Positions 9,993 to 17,952 of a stretch of 32,000 nt of DNA are shown piece after piece. Position numbers and translations under genes: made by a program. Position 1 is the first letter of the stretch, and every line of letters starts with the position of its first letter. Source of the DNA: Burkholderiales bacterium (GTDB taxonomy: Bacteria > Pseudomonadota > Gammaproteobacteria > Burkholderiales > Burkholderiaceae_A); the NCBI GenBank assembly GCA_965194335.1, contig OZ239141.1:1756948-1788947 (forward strand), given 5' to 3'. Under the pieces are notes generated by a model. That model saw only the letters and a program-made list of their open reading frames with translations, searched no databases and was not told the origin of the DNA.

Positions 9993-11000
9993 ATGAATAT
10001 TTTGATCACTGGTGGCTGCGGATTTCTTGGAACTCGACTAGCGAAGACTCTTTTGCAGCATGACAAGCTCTCGGTCAGCGGACAAGCTCCACAAACGATT
10101 CACCAAATCATCCTGACTGATCTTGTTTCTCCCGGTGCGGATTTTCAGTCCGATCACCGTATTCAATTTATTGGTGGTGATCTGCGGACGCTCCTGGCTG
10201 AGGGTAAGCTTTTCACTAAAGAGATTGACTTGGTATTTCACCTTGCAGCTGCAGTCAGCGCAGAGTGCGAGGCGGATTTCGATCTCGGCATGTCAAGCAA
10301 TCTCGACACCACCCTAGAGCTACTCCAGGCATGCCGTCGATCTGACTGCCGACCCTCCGTCGTTTTTGCGAGCTCTGTTGCCGTGTTCGGTAGCCGTCCA
10401 GGAGAGTCCTGGAGCGACACCGTCATTGATGACGATACGCTTCCCACCCCCCAGAGCAGCTATGGGATTCAGAAATTCATTGGCGAGCAGCTCATGGCTG
10501 ACTTTGGCCGAAAGGGTTTTATCCGTGCGCGCTCCGTTCGGCTAATGACGGTCAGCGTTCGCCCTGGCAGACCCAATGGCGCAGCCTCAGGGTTTTTGTC
10601 GGGCATGATTCGCGAGCCGCTATCAGGTCTGCGAGCAAGAGTTCCTGTAGACCCAGCAACACCTGTCGCTCTGGCCTCACCTGCCCGTACCATCGAGGGA
10701 TTGATTCTGGCGGCCCAGACATCAGACGATCATTGGGGCGCCCTTACTGCAATGAATCTCCCGTCTCTGCGGGTAACAGTCGGCGAGATGGCCCAGACCC
10801 TCCAACGCCTTGGGGGAGCAGAGGCCTTCCATCGGCTGGACTGGGTAATCGACCCAGCGATCGCCAGAGTCGTTAAGAGTTGGCCGGGCCAAATCGCCTG
10901 CGCGCGGGCTGCACGACTCGGCCTAGTACCGGACTCGTCGTTTGATGCCATTGTTCAGCAGTACATTGATGAGAACCGCGGCGCAATCCAAACACGCTAA
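9993..11000 (+). CDS. denD: NAD-dependent epimerase/dehydratase-fold dehydrogenase, D-erythronate dehydrogenase-like by context
   Basis: Has MNILITGGCGFLG (GxxGxxG) and an SDR-extended YxxxK (YGIQK). The gene is tightly packed in the operon. Confidence 0.6.
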   Translation: MNILITGGCGFLGTRLAKTLLQHDKLSVSGQAPQTIHQIILTDLVSPGADFQSDHRIQFIGGDLRTLLAEGKLFTKEIDLVFHLAAAVSAECEADFDLGMSSNLDTTLELLQACRRSDCRPSVVFASSVAVFGSRPGESWSDTVIDDDTLPTPQSSYGIQKFIGEQLMADFGRKGFIRARSVRLMTVSVRPGRPNGAASGFLSGMIREPLSGLRARVPVDPATPVALASPARTIEGLILAAQTSDDHWGALTAMNLPSLRVTVGEMAQTLQRLGGAEAFHRLDWVIDPAIARVVKSWPGQIACARAARLGLVPDSSFDAIVQQYIDENRGAIQTR

Positions 11001-11002
11001 CC

Positions 11003-12274
11003 ATGGCTAGACTTTTTCTCGGTTGTATCGCAGATGACTTCACTGGTGCGACAGACCTTGCCAATAATCTAGTTCGCTCTGGGATGCGTACCGTTCAGAG
11101 TATTGGTGTCCCAACCTCACCGATCGATTCACAAACCGATGCAATCGTCATTGCCCTGAAATCCCGAACGATTCCAGCCCAAGAGGCTATTGATCAGTCT
11201 CTTGCTGCGCTTCATTGGCTTCGCGCGCAGGGTGCGCCGCAGATATATTTCAAATACTGCTCAACCTTTGATAGTACCGCAGCAGGCAATATTGGGCCTG
11301 TCATCCAGGCCCTTATGAGAGCACTCGATACAGACTTTACGATCGCCACACCTGCGTTTCCTGAAAACAGACGCTCAGTCTTCCAGGGACATCTGTTTGT
11401 GGGCGACCGATTACTCAGCGAAAGCGGAATGCAAAATCACCCGCTCACCCCGATGACCGACTCTGATCTCGTGCGGGTTTTACAGTCTCAGTGCACAGAC
11501 CCTGTGGGTCTCATTGATTATGCGTGCGTAAGCCAGGGCAGTAATGCGATTGACGCACAGATTCAAGTTCTCCGCTCAGGATCGACTCGTATTGCAATTG
11601 TGGACGCAATCTCAAATCAAGATCTAATGGAAATTGGGCGTGCAGTTCGGTCACTTCCGCTCGTGACAGGGGGGTCAGGAATCGCGCTCGGTCTACCGCA
11701 GAATTTCGCTCTACCCGCCGCTCATAACGCGCAGACGCTACCACCAGCGCAGGGATCCCGCGCGATCATCGCCGGGAGTTGCTCGCAGGCAACCCAGCAA
11801 CAGGTCGCGCACTTTCTCGCCACAGGCAAGCCTTCACTGCGTTTAGACCCTTTAAATCTTGTGCAAGACCGTACCGAAATCTCCCGCGCGATCGACTGGT
11901 CCAATGCGCATGCGGGTCAAGATCCAATTCTCATTTACTCAACCGCGACTCCCGATCAAGTCAAGTCCGCGCAAGCTCAAATCGGTATCGTCGAGGCAGG
12001 CCATCTCATCGAACAGGCATTGGGCGCGATCGCTCAAGGATTGATTGCCCAAGGAATTAGGCAGTTGGTCATTGCGGGAGGCGAGACCTCGGGCGCATGC
12101 GTTCAGGCGCTGGGTATTACTCGCCTGAGAATCGGGCCACAGATCGATCCCGGCGTTCCGTGGTGCTTTGCCAGTGCGAGCGACGGACTCCGCGCCGATC
12201 TCCACATTGCTCTAAAGTCAGGTAACTTCGGGGCCCCCGACTTCTTCACTAAATCTTTTAAAGCACTCCAATGA
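11003..12274 (+). CDS. otnK: four-carbon acid-sugar kinase (DUF1537 family; 3-oxo-tetronate kinase-like)
   Basis: 423 aa. The N-terminus LGCIADDFTGATDLAN is the DUF1537 signature and the C-terminal nucleotide-binding half has GGETSG. Confidence 0.8.
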   Translation: MARLFLGCIADDFTGATDLANNLVRSGMRTVQSIGVPTSPIDSQTDAIVIALKSRTIPAQEAIDQSLAALHWLRAQGAPQIYFKYCSTFDSTAAGNIGPVIQALMRALDTDFTIATPAFPENRRSVFQGHLFVGDRLLSESGMQNHPLTPMTDSDLVRVLQSQCTDPVGLIDYACVSQGSNAIDAQIQVLRSGSTRIAIVDAISNQDLMEIGRAVRSLPLVTGGSGIALGLPQNFALPAAHNAQTLPPAQGSRAIIAGSCSQATQQQVAHFLATGKPSLRLDPLNLVQDRTEISRAIDWSNAHAGQDPILIYSTATPDQVKSAQAQIGIVEAGHLIEQALGAIAQGLIAQGIRQLVIAGGETSGACVQALGITRLRIGPQIDPGVPWCFASASDGLRADLHIALKSGNFGAPDFFTKSFKALQ

Positions 12275-12933
12275 ACGAATCCTATGCCCGCGAGGAAATC
12301 TGTCGGATCGGCAGGAGCCTATTTGAGCGTGGTTATGTCCATGCAACTGCAGGAAATATTAGCCTTCGATTAGACAACGGTATTCTCATTACCCCTTCCG
12401 ATGCTTGCCTTGGTTTTCTCGATCCCGCGCGGATTGCCCGGATTGACCTCAACGGCCAGCAGCAAGGCGGCGATCGGGCAAGCAAAACCTTAGCGCTCCA
12501 CCAGGCCATTTACTGGGCGAGTCGCCCATTTCTGCCAGATACCTCTTGCATCATTCACACCCACAGCACGTTCTGTGTAAGCCTGAGCCTAAACTCAAAG
12601 GCTACAGAGTTAATTCCCCCGATCACGCCCTATTTTGTAATGAAGGTTGGCCATGTCCCGCTAATTCCTTATGGTCGACCAGGAAGCCCGGCGGTTGCTG
12701 ACCAGGTTGCAGAGTCGATTACCGCCTATGGCCAATCCGGTCGAATCCTTCGCGCGGTCATGCTCGCACGTCTCGGGCCCAATGTCTGGCATGACTCTCC
12801 CAGTGCGGCGATGGCGGTACTCGAGGAGCTTGAAGAAACCGCAAAACTGATTAGCATCACCGGTTCGCTGATCCCTGAGTTGGCCGGACCTGACATTGAA
12901 GAATTAAGAAAAACCTTTGGCGCATATTGGTAA
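12271..12933 (+). CDS. otnC: class II aldolase/adducin-domain protein (3-oxo-tetronate 4-phosphate decarboxylase-like)
   Basis: 220 aa. Has ATAGNISLR and metal-ligand HTHS motifs. The start overlaps the otnK stop (ATGA). Confidence 0.7.
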   Translation: MNESYAREEICRIGRSLFERGYVHATAGNISLRLDNGILITPSDACLGFLDPARIARIDLNGQQQGGDRASKTLALHQAIYWASRPFLPDTSCIIHTHSTFCVSLSLNSKATELIPPITPYFVMKVGHVPLIPYGRPGSPAVADQVAESITAYGQSGRILRAVMLARLGPNVWHDSPSAAMAVLEELEETAKLISITGSLIPELAGPDIEELRKTFGAYW

Positions 12934-12983
12934 TCGTTTTGCGACGATAAAATGCCGGTGGTTGGCCCGAATCAAGCAGTCAA

Positions 12984-13469
12984 TCATTTCCCGGAATAAG
13001 AAACTCGAATAATCTCAACCGTTCGAATCCCCGATGGGCTCTCAAAGGTAACCGAGTCCCCTTCCCTGGATTTGATAAGGGCCCCCGCAATTGGGGATAC
13101 CCAGCTAATGTAATTCGGGCCGAGGTGGGTCTCATCGACCCCAACGATTCGCAGAGTCTGTTCATGGCCTTCTTGGTCGACTAGGGTGACCGTTGCCCCA
13201 AAAAAGACTTGGTCTTGCGTCATTTGGGCAGACGAATCAACAATCTTTGCACGTTCTAGTCGTTTAGATAGAAAACGCAGACGTCGATCGATTTCTCTTA
13301 GACGACGCTTCCCATAGATATAGTCACCATTTTCTGATCGGTCACCGTTAGAAGCCGCCCAGGAAACGATCTCAACAGTCTTGGGGCGCTCAACCTTGAG
13401 CAACTGATTGCGCTCATTGGTAAGCGCCGCATAACCTTGCGGCGTCAGATAGTTTGGTGTGGTTGACAC
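12984..13469 (-). CDS. greB: transcription elongation factor GreB
   Basis: 161 aa. NYLTPQGY..L..E...L...ERP......AAS.GDRSENGDY.YGK.RLREIDRR..FL matches the GreB coiled-coil plus C-terminal domain. Confidence 0.85.
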   Translation of the reverse strand: MSTTPNYLTPQGYAALTNERNQLLKVERPKTVEIVSWAASNGDRSENGDYIYGKRRLREIDRRLRFLSKRLERAKIVDSSAQMTQDQVFFGATVTLVDQEGHEQTLRIVGVDETHLGPNYISWVSPIAGALIKSREGDSVTFESPSGIRTVEIIRVSYSGK

Positions 13470-13484
13470 AGTAACCCGAGAGAT

Positions 13485-14153
13485 CTAAGGATAACGGCCA
13501 TCCCATGGCTTATCCTCAACTCTAACAGCGCCCGTCTTGAGATCAACTGCAGGTCGATTTAAAGTAAAAAGTGATTCCGAAGACACTCGCGTGTAGTCCA
13601 TATAGCCTAATCGAGCAACAGGTTGAAGTGCTGCCGTATCCACCCGGCCATCGCGAATATAGGCCTCATCAATATGGACTCCGACGATAGAGGCGATCAG
13701 GACTGTCCAAAAGGGCTCACTTTTCCCGTGCGGCGGCAGCAGGGGGACCGTTTTCCAAAGCCTGCACTCCAGCGCGACCGGGCTCTCCCCCACACGCGGC
13801 GCCTTCACCTGAACCCCAGTTACAGGTGTCAGGCCAGCAAGCGCAAATTCATCAACATCCGCAACGACTGCGGCAGAGCTCAGGTTCATATTCTCTCTGA
13901 GGGAATCGACCACCAGTGAAACCGTAAACTCCCTACTCTCCTCAATGTTCCGTTGCGTATCCTTGCGGCCCCCCGATGAGAACATCATCATCGGGGGTTC
14001 ATCGCTAATCAGATTAAAAAAACTATAGGGCGCGAGATTATAGACACCCTCGGGAGAGACCGAACCAATCCATGCAATTGGACGCGGACCGACAATCGCC
14101 TTTATCGGGTCATACCGCATACCGTGGTTGTTGGTCTGTGTATCGTAGTACAT
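13485..14153 (-). CDS. flavin reductase-like (FMN-binding split-barrel) protein
   Basis: 222 aa. GPRPIAWIGSVSPEGVYNLAPYSFFN is typical of the flavin reductase-like domain family. Confidence 0.75.
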   Translation of the reverse strand: MYYDTQTNNHGMRYDPIKAIVGPRPIAWIGSVSPEGVYNLAPYSFFNLISDEPPMMMFSSGGRKDTQRNIEESREFTVSLVVDSLRENMNLSSAAVVADVDEFALAGLTPVTGVQVKAPRVGESPVALECRLWKTVPLLPPHGKSEPFWTVLIASIVGVHIDEAYIRDGRVDTAALQPVARLGYMDYTRVSSESLFTLNRPAVDLKTGAVRVEDKPWDGRYP

Positions 14154-14253
14154 TGTGGGGCTCCTCTATCAGGTATGCTGGCTTAGCGATAGTTTACAGA
14201 TCGTACTAGAAGCATATTGTCGCAGGACAAAACCATACCGAGCTGCATTATTT

Positions 14254-14793
14254 TTATTCCGATTGACGGATGTTAAAAGCATCTCGCATATAGACTGGCA
14301 GGTCGATTGATGGCGGCCTGAACCCCAATTGATAAAACATATTTCCCAAATGGCCTCTGTGGAGAGTCTTATGATTACAAACATGAAGCAATATGTCTCC
14401 ACGGGTCATTTCGCCCGACCCACCATCAACGAAATCAAATTTGACGACTTCGTTTAGTAAGGTCTCATTAGTAGTATCCGCATAATCAATATACCAGTCC
14501 GCCATCTCTCGAAATTTTTGAGTGAGTATTTCGAGAGACTCGGGAGTGTTAGTAGTTCGAGAGTTGTACCCGTGTGCTACACCCGTCAGATGTGCCTTCC
14601 AGATCCGATCTACGATATCCACGTGAGCAAGGGTGAAAATTATTCCGCCTAACGCTGCCGACCGTTTCTTGTAGACTTCCTCTGACGGGAGCTCAGCGAT
14701 TGCTTTAAGCACCAACTCATTTGCCCATCTGTTATAGCGTGTCAGCATCCTAACAGTTCGAGTAGCAGAACTCTTCTCGGCGATTTGTCTCAT
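14254..14793 (-). CDS. DinB-family (four-helix bundle, metal-binding) protein
   Basis: 179 aa. Has Y..WAN..........L and conserved His positions (HVDIVDRIW, HKTLHRGH), as in the DinB/YfiT-like superfamily. Confidence 0.65.
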   Translation of the reverse strand: MRQIAEKSSATRTVRMLTRYNRWANELVLKAIAELPSEEVYKKRSAALGGIIFTLAHVDIVDRIWKAHLTGVAHGYNSRTTNTPESLEILTQKFREMADWYIDYADTTNETLLNEVVKFDFVDGGSGEMTRGDILLHVCNHKTLHRGHLGNMFYQLGFRPPSIDLPVYMRDAFNIRQSE

Positions 14794-14932
14794 AGAACAG
14801 CTACCTAATAGCTAGTGAGCAACAGATGTTGAAAAGAAAATTGCAAGTCGCAGTACCTAAACGACTTTTGAAAGCAGTAAAATAATCCACAGCCATGCAG
14901 CGCCAAACCCGTGCAGAACCTAGTGCCCGATC

Positions 14933-15487
14933 CTATTGATTTTTCAGGCGACCGATGACCCAGTCCGGGTCGCTATCGCTGGGAAATATAGGATAGTGGA
15001 CTTCTCCAACCACCCCGTTTTTTACGATCAGAGTAAGGCGTTTTAACAGGGTCATCCCCGCCGCTTGGAATGTGGGAAGGCTGAGTGCCTTTTGGAATTC
15101 ATAGTGAATGTCGCTAACAACAGGAAACGGCAGGTGAAGGCGCTCTGCCATTTCCTTTTGATAGTCTGTATTCTGGACACTCAGACCAATGACATCAGCA
15201 CCCAGTGCTCGAATTTCCTGATAGTGATCTCGAAATGAACAACTCTGTGGAGTGCACCCCCTTGCCCCTGGAATCTGATTCCAACCGTCGGGCAGAGGTA
15301 CATTCGGCTGCCCTGTCATTGGATAGCAGTAGATCACGACCGTGCCGGGAAGGTCTCCAAGATCAATCACCTGGCCATTAGTCGCTGCCAGTTTGACGTT
15401 AGGAAGTCTCTTTCCTTTAAGGTGGTCAGCAGCGCCATCATCCTGCGGCACGGGCAGGTCTTTGGGCAGTTCATTTAGGTTTGCCAT
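14933..15487 (-). CDS. peroxiredoxin (AhpC/TSA-redoxin family)
   Basis: 184 aa. Has YCYPMTGQP...GARGCTPQSCSFRD (peroxidatic Cys context). This is the last host gene before the island. Confidence 0.8.
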   Translation of the reverse strand: MANLNELPKDLPVPQDDGAADHLKGKRLPNVKLAATNGQVIDLGDLPGTVVIYCYPMTGQPNVPLPDGWNQIPGARGCTPQSCSFRDHYQEIRALGADVIGLSVQNTDYQKEMAERLHLPFPVVSDIHYEFQKALSLPTFQAAGMTLLKRLTLIVKNGVVGEVHYPIFPSDSDPDWVIGRLKNQ

Positions 15488-15544
15488 TGTTAGAGTTTAT
15501 CAGCGCCAATGGCCCTCGATAATACCTCAAGCACTTGGCAGGAT

Positions 15545-15589
15545 TGGTGGGCCGTGCTGGACTCGAACCAGCGACCAAAGGATTATGAG
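15545..15589 (-). pseudogene. 3' fragment (anticodon loop to CCA) of the split host tRNA(CAU) gene; att junction
   Basis: The minus strand reads CTCATAATCCTTTGGTCGCTGGTTCGAGTCCAGCACGGCCCACCA. It has a T-arm GCTGG/TTCGAGT/CCAGC, and the acceptor 3' strand ACGGCCC is exactly complementary to GGGCCGT at 21511-21517. Confidence 0.85.
15580..15589. repeat. att core copy (left), GGATTATGAG
   Basis: Identical to 21476-21485. It corresponds to anticodon loop CTCATAA plus three stem bases on the minus strand. Confidence 0.85.
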
Positions 15590-15651
15590 AAAAAACACTC
15601 AAAAAACCTTCAATGTTTACGCCGCTTAGCAAGCAGTTGTCTGCGGTGTGT

Positions 15652-15666
15652 AAGTAAGTGTGTAAG
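15652..15666 (+). repeat. 15-bp repeat AAGTAAGTGTGTAAG (candidate integrase arm-type site, left arm)
   Basis: Perfect second copy at 21141-21155. It contains two GTGTGTAAG units (15646-15654 and 15658-15666). Confidence 0.5.
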
Positions 15667-15729
15667 CAAAGCAACCTTATAACACTTACTTCAGTTTATT
15701 TCGTTGCTTGTTTCGCTTCCCACAAACAC

Positions 15730-15758
15730 TTACCACACGTAAAATCAATACCTATACA
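15730..15758 (+). promoter_or_regulatory. candidate sigma70 promoter for the methyltransferase gene (TTACCA-N17-TATACA)
   Basis: Hexamers with 17-nt spacing lie about 20 nt upstream of ATG 15780. Sequence inspection only. Confidence 0.3.
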
Positions 15759-15779
15759 TTAGCACAAAAGAGAACAGCA

Positions 15780-15866
<87 letters not shown>

Positions 15867-15912
15867 TCGCGCCAAACGTAGCTTTTCAGCGCGAAACATT
15901 GTTAAACAACTC

Positions 15913-16689
15913 TTGCCGCCTATTGCTATAACTATCTTAAAAAGGGTTTTGGCAAAACAAGATTTAGGATTTGTAAACTATCCAAGTTGGGAGCAAGCTG
16001 AGCAAGCAAGTGAAGGCTATGACTCTGATAGCGTAATAGAGAAAGTAAGGAAAGCAGCAAAACTTGTATTTGACGGAGAAGCTGTGTATGAAAGAGATTC
16101 TGTAGTTTTTGACGAAATAGATTACTCATATCCTCTGTTGGCATCACTTCTTTTTGCGGCAGCAAACTCTGAAACTCTAAAAGTTATAGATTTTGGAGGC
16201 GGACTTGGAACAACTTATCAACAGAATCGCAGATTTCTTTCAAAGATAAACAGAACTTGCCAATGGCGTGTAGTGGAACAAGAAAAGTTTGTTTCTATTG
16301 GAAAACGTGAATTCACAAATGAAACACTCAGTTTTTACTCGACGATTGAAGAAGCATACAAAGATGGGGTTGATGTTGTTCTTTTTGGCGGCTCCATTTG
16401 CTACGTTTCAAATCCATATATTTTTATGGGGAAAGCAAAAGCAACACGAGCACCATACATAATCTTCGACAGAACACCAACAACAAACCTAAAGGAAGAT
16501 ACATTCGCTGTTCAGAACGTTCCTCCTTCCATTTACAAAGCTTCCTTTCCCATTCGAAACTTTAGCTACAACAACATCACTATGTATTTCAAAGATGAAT
16601 ATGATTTGATAGAAGAATGGGTGTGCGACTTACAAGCAGACCCCAATACATCAGCTATGGGTTTTATTTTTAAACGCAAATCAGACTAA
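15913..16689 (+). CDS. class I SAM-dependent methyltransferase (resembles the TIGR04325 / LIC12133-type polysaccharide-locus family); probable phase-variable gene, real start likely ATG 15780 in the ON frame
   Basis: Has SAM motif I VIDFGGGLG, and GFVNYPSWEQAEQASEGYDSD...YERDSVVF matches my memory of TIGR04325 N-termini. The track start is a TTG with no SD. The ORF has no ATG until residue ~225, and the frame is open 129 nt further upstream. Confidence 0.7.
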   Translation: MPPIAITILKRVLAKQDLGFVNYPSWEQAEQASEGYDSDSVIEKVRKAAKLVFDGEAVYERDSVVFDEIDYSYPLLASLLFAAANSETLKVIDFGGGLGTTYQQNRRFLSKINRTCQWRVVEQEKFVSIGKREFTNETLSFYSTIEEAYKDGVDVVLFGGSICYVSNPYIFMGKAKATRAPYIIFDRTPTTNLKEDTFAVQNVPPSIYKASFPIRNFSYNNITMYFKDEYDLIEEWVCDLQADPNTSAMGFIFKRKSD

Positions 16690-17247
16690 CTCGACGGCCG
16701 CTTTCAACACAGCAGGACGTAAGTCAATGTAGCGTTGTGTAGTCGCCATATTGCTATGTCCTGCCAATGCCATAAGCACACGCACTCCAACGCCGCGTTC
16801 TGCTAAGTTTGTAAGTCCTGTGCGTCTACCGCTATGCGAAGTTGCGCCACTAATACCTGCGTGTTTGTAAATGCCATTCACAATGTGCGTCAGCGTGTTA
16901 GCAGTAAACCCAACGCTGCGCTGTGTGTAAAACAATGGCTGTGTAAGCTGCTCGGGTTTGTGTGCTGCCACATAAGCAGCAAGTTCCACACGTATCTTTT
17001 CAGCAAACCAAACCTTACGTGCTTTGTTGCCCTTAGTTTGTGCCGCACTCAGCGTTGTCTCCGCTTTAATCTCTCCGTCTGCGTCAACTACGTCGCAGTA
17101 GCGTAATGCCGCTACTTCACCCACTCGCAACATAGCGTAGTGCGTCAACAAAATAATCGCCCTATTGCGCTTGTAATGTCTGCGTGTGCGTGTGTAGTCC
17201 AAAACACGCTGTAGTTGTTGCTGTGTCAATGTTGCTGATTGTGTCAT
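16681..17247 (-). CDS. minimal tyrosine recombinase (catalytic domain only, ~188 aa)
   Basis: Has the catalytic pattern RVGEVAAL (Arg I), TKGNKAR (Lys), HSGRRT (HxxR), GH and TTQRYIDL (Tyr). I trimmed the start to ATG 17247, which has GAGGA 7 nt upstream. The 3' end overlaps the methyltransferase stop by 9 nt (convergent). Confidence 0.8.
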   Translation of the reverse strand: MTQSATLTQQQLQRVLDYTRTRRHYKRNRAIILLTHYAMLRVGEVAALRYCDVVDADGEIKAETTLSAAQTKGNKARKVWFAEKIRVELAAYVAAHKPEQLTQPLFYTQRSVGFTANTLTHIVNGIYKHAGISGATSHSGRRTGLTNLAERGVGVRVLMALAGHSNMATTQRYIDLRPAVLKAAVELV

Positions 17248-17952
17248 TTTGTAGTCCTCACACTTTGGTGCTGTTTTGCTACATATATTGTGTTTTCTGT
17301 TCAAAGTTTTTCCTACCTCTTTTTGTCAGCACAATCAGCGTTGATTTTGTTGAAGATTTCGAGTTTCAACACATTTTGTGTATTTTCTGTTCATACATAT
17401 TTAGCTGCTGCTTGTGCGTTGCGCTGTTATTTCGTAGTCAATAAGCCACACGTAGCAATGCTTACAAACACGCATACAAGCCCTACAAGCTGCTTAGCAA
17501 CTTCGTTTGCTCGTCGCTATTCACTTGTGCTTGTCAAACGCTTGTAGAAGCTAAAACACGCTAACGCAGCGTTTGTAGCTGTGTCAGCGTGTTGCCCATT
17601 TTTCAGTTTGCTATCTTTATTTTTTTGCGCTGCTATTTTCAGCACATACCCATTTCCTTTTGGGTTGGTGATTTTTACACCCCCACCTACGTTTGCTGCT
17701 TTGTATAACAAACATACTTTGCCTATAAATCACATTGCCTTCAGTCTGTGTGCTTCGTTGTGGTTCAGTGTCATTCACGTTATGTGTCTTTGTTGTTCTG
17801 TGTGCGTTTTGATTGCTTCAAAGTGTTTAGACAATAGTAAGACTACTAACACTTCATTCAGTGTCATCCAATGTCCATCCAAGTTGTTCAATCCGTTTTT
17901 CTTGTCGTCAACGCTGCGTCAAACGACAAGCTGCTATGCCTAAGTTTTTTTA

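Noticed and set aside
14169-14402. The 77-aa minus-strand ORF overlapping the 3' end of the DinB-family gene.
   Set aside because: It overlaps a better-supported gene in another frame and has an odd composition and no SD.
15913-16689. The methyltransferase as the modification half of a restriction-modification or phasevarion DNA-methyltransferase system.
   Set aside because: - It has no (D/N/S)PP(Y/F) or PCQ catalytic motif, no target-recognition domain architecture and no adjacent nuclease.
- The N-terminal pattern fits a polysaccharide-locus methyltransferase family instead.
- This still needs an HMM search or methylome check.
17184-17943. Plus-strand ORFs 17184-17444, 17239-17547 and 17581-17943 (Cys/Phe/Leu-rich), and minus-strand ORF 17517-17711.
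   Set aside because: - The plus-strand ORFs are translations of a T-rich strand with no SD or domain signature, and they overlap one another and the recombinase start.
- The minus-strand ORF begins at TTG without an SD.
- All are treated as non-coding (see the ORF-poor region finding).
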